A DNA stretch of 64,000 nt, from the NCBI GenBank assembly GCA_050175015.1, contig JBFXJJ010000010.1, forward strand, positions 1 through 64,000, read 5' to 3'. The DNA comes from Alphaproteobacteria bacterium. Its GTDB lineage: Bacteria > Pseudomonadota > Alphaproteobacteria > JBFXJJ01. The translations under genes and the position numbers were made by a program. Numbering within the stretch: the first letter of the stretch is position 1; each line of letters begins with the position of its first letter. The notes beneath the pieces were generated by a model. It saw nothing but the letters and a program-made list of their open reading frames with translations, did no database searches and was not told where the DNA came from. Of this stretch, positions 1 through 9,324 are shown piece after piece.

Positions 1-87
1 TTTTAGATAAACTAGTGTTTATTTTTGTTTTTTTTTTGAGTTAAAAAGCATTTATTTATATTTCTGTTCTTGTTGCCTATATAAGTA

Positions 88-591
88 TTAGTTATAAGCA
101 TGTTTATATAGCACATCATCTAAAACTCCATGAGTTAAACTCATTGATACGTCAAAATTACCAATATATTTAAAAATATAAACATCACATTTTTTTATGG
201 TATTTATTTTAAAGTTTTGCTCAAAATCTTTTGGAGCATTGCCTTTTTTGTTAACATCATATAATATACTTGATTTAATTTCATCATCTGATAATTCATC
301 ACAAAAATAATTAAGCTTAAGTTCCTTCAATTTTAATTCTTTTTCTTTATTTTTTATAAAATCTTTAGTGTTTGTTTTTTTATCTTCTTTTTTTTCAGCA
401 GTTTCGCTTTTGAACCATTTTTGAGCATCTTCCCAAGCTTTGTTTAGTTTTCTGATTTTTTCTTCATTGCCGTCCCCACTGTCAGGGTGCATACTTTTAG
501 CAAGTGATTTATATGCTTTTTTTACATCGTCTAAAGAATCTCCATCAGCATAAGGAATATAATTAGTCCATTCTGGTTTGTTGTTAGCCAT
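88..591 (-). CDS. J-domain (DnaJ-like) protein
   Basis: N-terminal 'DVKKAYKSLAKSMHPDSG...LNKAWE' is a J-domain with the HPD motif. Confidence 0.8.
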   Translation of the reverse strand: MANNKPEWTNYIPYADGDSLDDVKKAYKSLAKSMHPDSGDGNEEKIRKLNKAWEDAQKWFKSETAEKKEDKKTNTKDFIKNKEKELKLKELKLNYFCDELSDDEIKSSILYDVNKKGNAPKDFEQNFKINTIKKCDVYIFKYIGNFDVSMSLTHGVLDDVLYKHAYN

Positions 592-694
592 ATCAAATTT
601 CCCAAAACAATATTAAGTTATTATAATCTTGCTATCTTAATTTAATTGAAATTATAATAGCAAAAAATAATTTTTTTTATTATAAAAAAATAAC

Positions 695-1207
695 ATGGGT
701 ATAATTTTATTAACTATTGAAAATATTTATAACAACCATCTTGGTTTAATATTAATCTTTTATTCAGTTGTAGTTTTAGCTGGAATAATTTTAGGTTGGA
801 AACAAAAAATAGTTGTTTTCAAAAATTATGATGATTTAATTCTATCAATTTGTTTTTTTGTAATACCTGTTTTTGTTTTTTTATTAAATGCTATGGGTTT
901 TATAAGCTCACTTGAAGGATTTCCGTTTGTTCTGTTTTTAAGTGTCGAGCTTTTATTGCTTTCCTTAATATTAATTTGCTCTTGGCAATCTAACAAAAGC
1001 TTTTTAAGCTTTTTATTAGCCTTTTTTACAAAAATGCCACTATCTATTTTCTTTTCTGTTTTATTGTTTCAAATAATCGACCCATCAGGAAAAACAGAAT
1101 TTGAAAGAAAAACAAATCGTAATAAAAGTATTGCTTTTTTAGTGTTGCTAACGCCTGTTTTATATAAATTAGTTAGAAACAAAGAAGGCTTTTGGCAGAA
1201 AAAATAG
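695..1207 (+). CDS. Multi-pass membrane protein of unknown function
   Basis: 170-aa ORF with about five hydrophobic segments. Confidence 0.7.
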   Translation: MGIILLTIENIYNNHLGLILIFYSVVVLAGIILGWKQKIVVFKNYDDLILSICFFVIPVFVFLLNAMGFISSLEGFPFVLFLSVELLLLSLILICSWQSNKSFLSFLLAFFTKMPLSIFFSVLLFQIIDPSGKTEFERKTNRNKSIAFLVLLTPVLYKLVRNKEGFWQKK

Positions 1208-1351
1208 CTTTGTCTTTCAATAATACAGTATTTAACAAAATAATCTTTTTTGCTATAACTAAATTAATTAGTAGCTTGACATATTGCGTTTTATCATGTT
1301 ACATTTAATGATGTGTCATATGTGTCAGATAATTAAACAAAGGAGAGTGTT

Positions 1352-1618
1352 ATGCCAAATAGAGTTCAAGTTATTAAAGAAACAATTGAAAGTTTTAATA
1401 AAAAAAATGATTGGCGTTTATGTTTTCAGTGGTGCCAGTATGTTTATGAAGATGGCGGCAGTGAATATGGATACCGTTTTATTTGGAGAACACCCGAGAA
1501 CAAGTTGCAACCTGCTAGAGGGCAAGCTAGATTGCCATCTGTAGAAACTATACAAAAACTAATAAATACAGCGAAGGAGGAAGGTTGGGGAGAATATACG
1601 GAAAAGAATCCTAAATAA
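1352..1618 (+). CDS. Small hypothetical protein
   Basis: 88-aa ORF with AGGAGAG RBS and an upstream TTGACA (1276-1281). Confidence 0.75.
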   Translation: MPNRVQVIKETIESFNKKNDWRLCFQWCQYVYEDGGSEYGYRFIWRTPENKLQPARGQARLPSVETIQKLINTAKEEGWGEYTEKNPK

Positions 1619-1626
1619 AATTTTTC

Positions 1627-3192
1627 TCACATACCCATACCGTAGCCATAGCTTTTGGATTTTTTTAAGGCGAGTTCTTTTTCTTCAAGGTGTTTTTTGT
1701 AGGTTTGAAGTGTTTCTTGATAAAAGGCATCATTAGTTTTGAGGGCTTCTTTGATTGCCTGATAATTTTCATCACCTTTTTTATGCTCTGGTTTTAGTTC
1801 CTTTATCATATCATCAATAGTTTTGCTTTTACTTCTCTCGGTTTCAATATCATCAGATATTTTATCATAAACATAAGCTGGAATATTTACTCTGCCACCA
1901 AGTTCTTCAATCTCAACAATCTTTGGTATGACTTCCTTGCCTTCTTCAAGATAGTAACATTTATGCTCACTATCATATTTTGAAATAGCCTTAACAGCTT
2001 CGTGATTTTCTTGATTTATGGGCATTTCAACATAAAAAATAACCTTTTGTTTTTCTTCTGGCTTAACTTCAGGCTTAATTTCTGGCTCTGTTTGGGGCTG
2101 TATTTCTGTTTTAAAGCTTTTTACTGCTGGTTGGCTTTTTTTATCTGAGCCTAAAAACAAGGATTTTAAAAGTTTTTTTTGAGCAACAATAATTGCCATT
2201 GCAAATGGATCTTTGGTTGCTTCAGCCATTAAAAAATCTTTCCAAGTATAAAATGCTTTTTTAAGTAAAGATTGCTCTTTGGTTTTTGTTCTTGGTGTCT
2301 TTTTAACTTCTTGGTATCTCTGCCATAAAATTGGGGTGTTGGGGTGTTTAGTTAAAGGCTTTTCAGTATAGGTTCTTTTAGGTTCAACTATATTTTTTGA
2401 ATCTTCAAATTTGCCAAGTTTTCGTTCCAAAGCGTTTTTAGAAAAACCCCTATCTAAATCTGAGGCTTTAATTGCCACCTTTTCATCTTTAGAAACTATT
2501 GCTAAACCACTTCCTCTTTTTTTAAGTAGCAAGCCAACTTCCTCAAAAGCATTATGTAAATCTTGCCATTTGTTGGCTTGGTTTAAGGCTTTGGTTAATG
2601 GCTCTTTTTTTTCTTTAACATAAGAATAAAAACTTTGTTGCCAAGTTTTGGCTTCAAAATCTCGGGCTTTCTCGTGGGGCTTTTCATAATTTGGTTCTTT
2701 AGTTTTTTCAATGCCATTATCAACCGATAAATTATATTTTTTCTCCATCTCCCGACAAACTTTTGAGCGTTTGTAATAATCATTGGATAAGGTCGCAACT
2801 TTTAAAGTTTCTGGGTTGATTTTATTATAAGCAATATGCATATGAAAGTTATCGGTGTTTTGATGTGTTCCAACAATTCTTTGGTGAGCTTCTATTCCTA
2901 AAGCTTTGGCAAATTCTTTTTCAATTTCTTTTAATGTTTTTAAGTCAGGTTTTTCATCTTTAAAAGAAACTAATAAATGATAGGTTTTATCAACTCTGCA
3001 TCTGGTGTTTTGGCTTTGAGTATTTTCAATATCAATAATAGCTAAATCTAAATCATCAATGGTTTCTCCTGCAATTGAATTGACAATCCAAAAGTCAGAT
3101 AGTTTCTCGCCTTCGTCTTCTGCTCCTGCAATATATTTAGCCAGCATTCTAAAACTGCTTTTTATCGTTCTTGGAATATGTTTAGAAATCAT
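1627..3192 (-). CDS. MOBP-type (TraI/MobA) relaxase
   Basis: N-terminal Tyr (LAKYI), 'TYHLLVSF..E.P', and HUH motif 'HQNTDNFHMHIAYNKI'. Confidence 0.9.
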   Translation of the reverse strand: MISKHIPRTIKSSFRMLAKYIAGAEDEGEKLSDFWIVNSIAGETIDDLDLAIIDIENTQSQNTRCRVDKTYHLLVSFKDEKPDLKTLKEIEKEFAKALGIEAHQRIVGTHQNTDNFHMHIAYNKINPETLKVATLSNDYYKRSKVCREMEKKYNLSVDNGIEKTKEPNYEKPHEKARDFEAKTWQQSFYSYVKEKKEPLTKALNQANKWQDLHNAFEEVGLLLKKRGSGLAIVSKDEKVAIKASDLDRGFSKNALERKLGKFEDSKNIVEPKRTYTEKPLTKHPNTPILWQRYQEVKKTPRTKTKEQSLLKKAFYTWKDFLMAEATKDPFAMAIIVAQKKLLKSLFLGSDKKSQPAVKSFKTEIQPQTEPEIKPEVKPEEKQKVIFYVEMPINQENHEAVKAISKYDSEHKCYYLEEGKEVIPKIVEIEELGGRVNIPAYVYDKISDDIETERSKSKTIDDMIKELKPEHKKGDENYQAIKEALKTNDAFYQETLQTYKKHLEEKELALKKSKSYGYGMGM

Positions 3193-3509
3193 AAATCCTC
3201 AATCTTAGCTTTTAAAACAGCCCTTAAATCAGCAATAGCGTTAATATGCTTGTTTAGCTCTTGAGGTAATAACTCTTCATCAAGAGCCATTTTAAATAAA
3301 TTGCCTAGCCTTGCTAAATCAGCATTAATTTTTAATAAATCAGATATGGCTTGTTGCTTGCCAATATTTGGTAGTGGAATATTAAAAATCGCAAATCTTA
3401 TCAGCTCTGATTGGGATAGATGATAAGTTTTAGCCAGTTTTACTAATTTATCTTTTTCTTGGCTATTAAGATAAACAAGGCTGGCAATGTTTCTTTTATG
3501 TTGTTTCAT
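3189..3509 (-). CDS. mobC: MobC/TraJ-like relaxosome accessory protein
   Basis: RHH-like N-terminus ('LSQSELIR') and 'INADLARLGNLFK'; overlaps the relaxase start (ATGA). Confidence 0.75.
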   Translation of the reverse strand: MKQHKRNIASLVYLNSQEKDKLVKLAKTYHLSQSELIRFAIFNIPLPNIGKQQAISDLLKINADLARLGNLFKMALDEELLPQELNKHINAIADLRAVLKAKIEDL

Positions 3510-3511
3510 GA

Positions 3512-3829
3512 CTAAAGCTCTTCATCTGGGATAGTGCTTGAAGGGTCATAAATGAATTTTTTGATTTCATAAGATTCATCAGACTTTAGTCTTTTTTCTT
3601 CGGCTTCTCGCTTCATCATATAATCTAAAACAATGGGGTGAATAAAATCCTTTGGGTCAAAATGCTTATGTAAAAACCGATAAAACGATGCTTTAGAACA
3701 AGTGATTTCTTTATTTTCTTTTAAATCGTTATAAATGCGATGTCTTGTCCAGCCTTGCTTTAGCAATATTTTTATTTTGGGCTTTTTAGCAATTAGTTCG
3801 TAATTAACTTGAGCATAATATTTAGTCAT
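3512..3829 (-). CDS. TraK-family oriT-binding protein
   Basis: 'LLKQGWTRHRIYNDLKE...SKASFYRFL' and C-terminal 'F.YDP...EEL' resemble TraK; position upstream of mobC-relaxase. Confidence 0.6.
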   Translation of the reverse strand: MTKYYAQVNYELIAKKPKIKILLKQGWTRHRIYNDLKENKEITCSKASFYRFLHKHFDPKDFIHPIVLDYMMKREAEEKRLKSDESYEIKKFIYDPSSTIPDEEL

Positions 3830-5783
3830 TTTGGTTTTCTCCTAAATTTGAGTGGTTAAAATTACTACCCTCTACATATCTACAACTGTTGCTATCCTTA
3901 GCTTTGCTAGTATAAATAATTTTATCTTGTAGAGGGTTTGCAGAGGGTTGGTTATGATTAAAACTGTTGTTTTCTCTATATTGTAGAGAGGTAGAGGGTT
4001 TAATCAGGTATCTAGAGAAGGCATCTTTAAATTGTTCTTTGCTGTAACATTTTAAATTTTGATTTTTGCTGTTTCTTTTTTGATAAGATTTAATCCCAAA
4101 TTCTCTTAGCTCAGTTGCTAGTTGAAGCTGAGTTATGGCTTTATTATTTTTCCAATCACTCCAAGGGCTTTCTTCTATGTGGGATAGTTTTAAACATAGT
4201 TCTTGAGAAGAAATAAAACTCAAAGAATGTTCACTAAAAATATCTCTTATATCTTTTAACAAAAGAATTTTGATTGAGCTGTCATCATCAGCATAGCCAA
4301 TGCTGTCTGTGGTGCTCATTGCAATTGTGGCTAATTCTAACCAGTTTTTACTTGCAAGCTCGGCTATTGCTAAAAGAGGTCGCCAGTTATCTGCGGTTCT
4401 ATCATTTATTTGATTTGATATTATTGGGTCGGCTTCAGATAACTTTAAAGAATTATCTTCTGCCCATCTGCTACACTTTTGTTTGATAATTTCAAAAATA
4501 GAGCTTTTATCACTCCTTAAGCGTTCAACAGTTTCACCAATAAACTTTCTTCTCATTGTGATAATTATGCTTCTATCGGCTATGGTGTCAGCTAGCTTGC
4601 CAATGCCAGCAATCGCACAAGGACAAAAGCAAGAAAATATTCTAACGCTATGACTTCTGCCGACTTCAACATTACGAATTACGCCTCCACCTTTGGTATG
4701 ACCTTCATTAATAATGCCTCTTAGTTCTTCCTTTTCTTTTAAAAAAGCATCGGCTTCATCGATTAATAAAGTTGGAGCATGTTCTTCAATGGTTCTAAAC
4801 ATTGCTGAAGCTGTTAAACTTGATACTCTCAAGGATTTACAACAAAGAAAATCTAACAACATAAGCAAGGTTGTTTTACCGCATCTTTTTTCTGGAGAGT
4901 GAATAAGAAGTCTTGGCGAATGCTCAAAAGCATCAAAACAATAGGTAAATAAAACCCATAAAGCTAAAGTGTTTTCTGCATTAGTTGGTAAAATAAGATA
5001 TTTTTTAAAAATTTCTCTAAGTTCATTTAAAATATCAGCCCCATCAACAGGTTTAGAATATGGAGTTGGTCTTGGTAGATTAAGCTCTCTTCCAGCTAGA
5101 TTTTTGGTCTCGGTGTTTTTAGTTTCTAATAAGCTTCTTAAAAAACTAATGGTTTTACCTTCTGGCAGTTCATCTGCTAAATCCCAGCCTTCAGGAAACT
5201 CATCAGGAATTTTAACAATCGATACTTCATTTTGTTTTTTTAAGATTTTAAAAAGTTTGAGCATGGCTAGCTTGCCAGCTTCATCATTATCCGCCCAAAG
5301 TTTGATTTTACGGTTTTGTAAAATATTCCAGTTAGCTTTTGAGATTGCATTAGCACCACCAGCCCAAGTTAAAACAACATAATCAGGAAAAAGAAGCCTT
5401 GCACTATCAGCAGTTTTTTCTCCTTCAACAATTAAGATATTATCGCCTTTACGCTGTTCTAAAAGCTCTTCGCCATAAAGAGGTCTTGACTCAGGAAAGC
5501 CCTTTATCTGCCAAGCTGTTTTACCATTTTCAAGCTTGCAATAAGTAAAGGGGCGGAAAGTCTTTTGCGTAGAGCCATTAACGGTTTCATATCTGGCAAT
5601 ATAGCCAATAAGTTCGTTTTTAGCGTTCTTATAAGCATAAATGCTTTTTGGCTCATTCCATTCCGCAATTTTAAAAGAAGGCTCTGGAGCATCTTTGGTA
5701 ACAGGAATAATCGGTATTACTTCTAGCTCTTTTGTTAAGATGTTTGTTTTAGAAACATCTATTGGTTTAAAAAAATTAGTCAT
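3822..5783 (-). CDS. Toprim primase fused to DUF3631-type P-loop ATPase/helicase
   Basis: Toprim motifs 'IVEGEKTAD' and 'ADNDEAG'; Walker A 'PEKRCGKTT'; Walker B 'LLIDEAD'. Confidence 0.85.
   Translation of the reverse strand: MTNFFKPIDVSKTNILTKELEVIPIIPVTKDAPEPSFKIAEWNEPKSIYAYKNAKNELIGYIARYETVNGSTQKTFRPFTYCKLENGKTAWQIKGFPESRPLYGEELLEQRKGDNILIVEGEKTADSARLLFPDYVVLTWAGGANAISKANWNILQNRKIKLWADNDEAGKLAMLKLFKILKKQNEVSIVKIPDEFPEGWDLADELPEGKTISFLRSLLETKNTETKNLAGRELNLPRPTPYSKPVDGADILNELREIFKKYLILPTNAENTLALWVLFTYCFDAFEHSPRLLIHSPEKRCGKTTLLMLLDFLCCKSLRVSSLTASAMFRTIEEHAPTLLIDEADAFLKEKEELRGIINEGHTKGGGVIRNVEVGRSHSVRIFSCFCPCAIAGIGKLADTIADRSIIITMRRKFIGETVERLRSDKSSIFEIIKQKCSRWAEDNSLKLSEADPIISNQINDRTADNWRPLLAIAELASKNWLELATIAMSTTDSIGYADDDSSIKILLLKDIRDIFSEHSLSFISSQELCLKLSHIEESPWSDWKNNKAITQLQLATELREFGIKSYQKRNSKNQNLKCYSKEQFKDAFSRYLIKPSTSLQYRENNSFNHNQPSANPLQDKIIYTSKAKDSNSCRYVEGSNFNHSNLGENQND
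3868..4000. repeat. Iteron-like GTAGAGGG repeats (candidate replication origin)
   Basis: TGTAGAGGGTT/TGCAGAGGGTT tandem at 3928-3949; TGTAGAGAG + GTAGAGGGTT at 3982-4000; inverted CCCTCTACA at 3868-3876 with a degenerate copy next to it. Confidence 0.6.
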
Positions 5784-6100
5784 AGTTCTACCCCCAGCAT
5801 TCGTGCAAGGTTGTGTAAGGCTTCAAGCTGGGTTGAGTTGGTTAAATAAGCCGCGAGTGAAACAATATCACTTCCCTTATCACCTGTGGCAAAATCAGCC
5901 CATTTGCCCGTTTGCATATTAACTTTAAATGAGCCTTTGGATTTATCGATGCGAGTTGGATTTAAAGCAACCCATTCGCTTCCCTCACGTTTACCATCAG
6001 GAAGCCATCTAGCTAAAATTGTAAGTAAAACCGATAAAGCAACATTATTAACCTTTGCAAAATCATCTTTACCCAAGTTGGATAAATAAATTTTAGTCAT
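5780..6100 (-). CDS. Stand-alone primase N-terminal (Zn-ribbon-like, Cys-less) domain
   Basis: 'NPTR.D...GSFKVN..TGKWADFATGDKGSDIVSL'; stop overlaps the Toprim gene start; ATG at 6100 preferred over 6127. Confidence 0.65.
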   Translation of the reverse strand: MTKIYLSNLGKDDFAKVNNVALSVLLTILARWLPDGKREGSEWVALNPTRIDKSKGSFKVNMQTGKWADFATGDKGSDIVSLAAYLTNSTQLEALHNLARMLGVEL

Positions 6101-6104
6101 GGGG

Positions 6105-6338
6105 TTAATCCGCCATTGGATATTCAACTCGTCTTTTTTCTAAAAATTCGATTAAATCGCTAAGCTTATATTTAACCATTCTTTTGCCGAGTTTTATCAT
6201 TGGCAAATTATAACGCTTATTTGTTGCCCAAGCTTCAAGGGTGGAAGGTTTTACTCCCAAAAATAAAGCGGCTTCTTTTCTGGTTAATAGCTTTTCTTGG
6301 CTTTGAGTATTAGTGTTTTCTGTATTATCAAGTTTCAT
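6105..6338 (-). CDS. HTH excisionase/AlpA-like DNA-binding protein
   Basis: 'LLTRKEAALFLGVKPSTLEAW...P.IKLG.RMVKY..SDL..FL' is a typical HTH_17 pattern. Confidence 0.85.
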   Translation of the reverse strand: MKLDNTENTNTQSQEKLLTRKEAALFLGVKPSTLEAWATNKRYNLPMIKLGKRMVKYKLSDLIEFLEKRRVEYPMAD

Positions 6339-6556
6339 AATATAATCTCCTATACGATTAAAAAAAATTAAAGGAAGTTATATTCTGGATAGATAAATCA
6401 AGCGTTGTAAAGCCTTTAATGGGGTTTTAAGTCGCCTTAAAAAGCTTGCTAATACATAGTTTTTAATGTTTATTTTGGGGTCTCAATATATTTTTTCATC
6501 ATCTATTGTCGTCTTAACCATTTTTTTAAAAAATATGTTGTTGTTTAATGATTTTT

Positions 6557-7444
6557 TTATCTAATATGAGGGCAGTCAGCATTTTTTTTGTGATAGCAAA
6601 TTTCTTCTATTATTTGTTTCTTCCAACAAAGACCTAAAGCTGCTCCATCTTCTTTATCATTTATCCTACCGCTGTATATACCACAAAACTCTATGGCAGA
6701 CTCATTTAAAGCTATATCTGAGCGTTCCCAAAAATGTTTGTCATCAGGGTCAAGTTTTTCATAAGGATCTTTCATACTCCAAGTTCCTTTATATGAAACA
6801 AATACAGGAGAACCTGAAAGACCAGCTCTGGTCAAACTGTCTATAAAAAAAGCTGGGATTGTGATTTCATTTTGATTTCCTCCAACTTCACTTGTTTTTC
6901 CAGCAATTGTAATATCGTAATAGGGTTCTGATGCTATATAACCAGATTTCCATATAGGTAAACCAAAACCAATGCTTAATCCGTGAGGATATCCAATTAT
7001 AAATACTGTATTACCAGGTATAATAGGAACCCTTATATTATTAATTTTATTAGCAGAATTATGCATAAAGCTAGGTATAGATTCGTCCTTATCAAAAGGT
7101 ATTGCAACAACATCGTAATTTGAACCTCCAGTTGAGTGCTCATACCACAAAGGATTGTAGTTATCATAGTATATATCGATACGTTTTGCTATTGATGTAA
7201 AATTTCCATCTGGTGTAACATAAGTTGATAGTTTTGCTTCTATATATTCTGGAGTTCTGTTTCCTAATGGTTCTTTTGTTAAAAAATGTCGTCCTGATAA
7301 GTTATGCCAGTTTGTTATTAAAAATGTTTTTTGGTTGTGCTCATAAAAGAAAGCTGTGCCAGAAGATATTAATCCGCCGTGGTCATACATTAAAATTTCG
7401 AATGGACATTGAGAGTATGTTGATCTTATTCCGAATTCTGGCAT
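6557..7444 (-). CDS. Trypsin-like serine protease
   Basis: 'GTAFF', His in 'ITNWH', Asp in 'YDVVA', 'IIGYP', Ser in 'GLSGSPV'. Confidence 0.8.
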   Translation of the reverse strand: MPEFGIRSTYSQCPFEILMYDHGGLISSGTAFFYEHNQKTFLITNWHNLSGRHFLTKEPLGNRTPEYIEAKLSTYVTPDGNFTSIAKRIDIYYDNYNPLWYEHSTGGSNYDVVAIPFDKDESIPSFMHNSANKINNIRVPIIPGNTVFIIGYPHGLSIGFGLPIWKSGYIASEPYYDITIAGKTSEVGGNQNEITIPAFFIDSLTRAGLSGSPVFVSYKGTWSMKDPYEKLDPDDKHFWERSDIALNESAIEFCGIYSGRINDKEDGAALGLCWKKQIIEEICYHKKNADCPHIR

Positions 7445-7548
7445 TTTTATGTTCCTGATTTATTTTAAATTATAACAATAGATGAAATAAAAGGCTTAAA
7501 TATAAAATTAATGTTATGCAATCTTTATTTTTATATAAAAACTATACA

Positions 7549-8778
7549 TCAATATATTTTTTCATCATCTATTAAAGCTTTAATTCTCTGACTTATTTTA
7601 CTGCCCTTTATTTTGCCAGAAAATTGTTTTTTAATATATTCAGCCACAAACGAATCAACCATATTTTTGGTTTTCTTTTTTATGTTATTTTTGTTTTCTT
7701 TTATAAAATCATTAACAAAAATACCGATTTCATCTTTTCTTTCGGTTTTATTTTTACGATTAATTTTTTGCAAAAAGTATATTGTGGCTTCTAAAATCTC
7801 TAAAGTCATTGGTTCCATATTAGAACAAACATAAAAAGCACTTCCTGTTTGTTTTTCTAGCTTTAATGATTCGTAATTTATAGATACCAATTCTTGTATC
7901 TCTTTTAACAAATTATTAGGGTCGCAATCAAAAACTTTTATTTGACTTAAAATGTTTTCATGTTTTTTCTGAAAATCATTAAAGAAGCTGTCAAACTGAA
8001 ATGTTAAATATTTTGTTATTTCTGCTATTTCTTTGATGTTTTGATTGGCTTCTTGATTAGCTTTATATTCTCGTTGTTGTGCGATTGTTTTTTTGGCAGG
8101 AATAGCCTGTTTAAGGCTATCTATATCAATTAAAATCTTGTAAGCATTTCTATACGGAAAAAGAACTGTTATTAATAAAAAGAATAATGAAGCAAAGCCC
8201 GTATAAATATATTTAAAATTTAAATTATCCATATTTCTAAGCAAAAATATAAGAGATATTATTAATGGTATAAAACCAATATGATTTTTGTTTTTAAGTA
8301 ATCCGTTTATAAGTTTATTTTCTAAAAAATTTTGAGGCAATAAAATGTTTTTTGTAGCAACAATTCCTTTTTTCCAGTTAAAACAATAATATTCGCTTTT
8401 GTTCAAGATGTTTCTGCACTTATTTTTTCGGTTTTTAAAAAACATAGAATAAAAAAATTCATCGCAACTATTTTTTATATAACCTTCGGTTTTAAACAAA
8501 CTCTTATAATCAACCTGATTTAAAGATCCTAGCAGAAAAAAAGCCTTGATTTGACTTTTAATTTCTAAGTCTTCGGCTTTAAAATCAATTTGACCAGAAA
8601 AAAGCTTGTCAACCAACAATTCTTTAGCCTCATTTATTTCAGATAATGAAAAGCCCATATAATCTGGCTCTTTGTATGTTTTACTAATAATTTGCTTAGC
8701 ATCAATATCAATCGGCTCTTCTGCCGTAACTACCCATTTTAAAGCTTCTATAATATCTGTTTTTCTGTTGTCTCTCAT
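7549..8778 (-). CDS. Hypothetical protein with two central hydrophobic helices
   Basis: 409-aa ORF; no recognised motif. Confidence 0.65.
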   Translation of the reverse strand: MRDNRKTDIIEALKWVVTAEEPIDIDAKQIISKTYKEPDYMGFSLSEINEAKELLVDKLFSGQIDFKAEDLEIKSQIKAFFLLGSLNQVDYKSLFKTEGYIKNSCDEFFYSMFFKNRKNKCRNILNKSEYYCFNWKKGIVATKNILLPQNFLENKLINGLLKNKNHIGFIPLIISLIFLLRNMDNLNFKYIYTGFASLFFLLITVLFPYRNAYKILIDIDSLKQAIPAKKTIAQQREYKANQEANQNIKEIAEITKYLTFQFDSFFNDFQKKHENILSQIKVFDCDPNNLLKEIQELVSINYESLKLEKQTGSAFYVCSNMEPMTLEILEATIYFLQKINRKNKTERKDEIGIFVNDFIKENKNNIKKKTKNMVDSFVAEYIKKQFSGKIKGSKISQRIKALIDDEKIY

Positions 8779-8781
8779 AAA

Positions 8782-9324
8782 TTATATTTCCCATGAATTA
8801 ACGTTAATCCTCATAGCGATACGAGGGTGATTTTTTAATATTTCCCCTAAAATCTGCTGTTCATGTTTTATTGTTTCTCTAATTTCGGGTTGATTTTCAG
8901 AAGGGATAAATTCAATAAAACCAAGTTTTCTATAAAAAGGAGCGTTAAAAGGTATATTCTTAAATGTTGTTAAAGTTAGCCATTCATAATTATTACTTTT
9001 AGCCCATAAAATAGCTTGATTTATAAGGTTTTTTCCAATTCCTTTTCGTGTATATTCTGGCAGAACATCAACTTCTGCTATATGACCTTGATTATCTAAT
9101 GTTGTTACAACAATAAAACCAACGACTGAATTGTCATCAGTATAAGCAATAAATACGGCTGATTTTTCTGAAAGTGAGTGATAATAGCTTTCTGGGCTTG
9201 GCGGCAAATTAACACAGTCAGAAATAAATTCTTTAAAAAGTTTTGCTGTGGCGGTTTCTATATCAGGAAGAAGATGAAAATCTTTTGCTGTTGCTCTTTT
9301 AATTAGAATTTTGTTTTTATTCAT
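8782..9324 (-). CDS. GNAT family N-acetyltransferase
   Basis: 'VLPEYTRKGIGKNL' acetyl-CoA motif and 'NAPFYRKLGF'. Confidence 0.9.
   Translation of the reverse strand: MNKNKILIKRATAKDFHLLPDIETATAKLFKEFISDCVNLPPSPESYYHSLSEKSAVFIAYTDDNSVVGFIVVTTLDNQGHIAEVDVLPEYTRKGIGKNLINQAILWAKSNNYEWLTLTTFKNIPFNAPFYRKLGFIEFIPSENQPEIRETIKHEQQILGEILKNHPRIAMRINVNSWEI

Noticed and set aside
6384-6442. oriT nic site (CTATCCAG on the minus strand) with a nearby TTTTAAG/CTTAAAA hairpin
   Set aside because: It mismatches the RP4-type YATCCTG core and the hairpin is short and AT-rich; support is insufficient.
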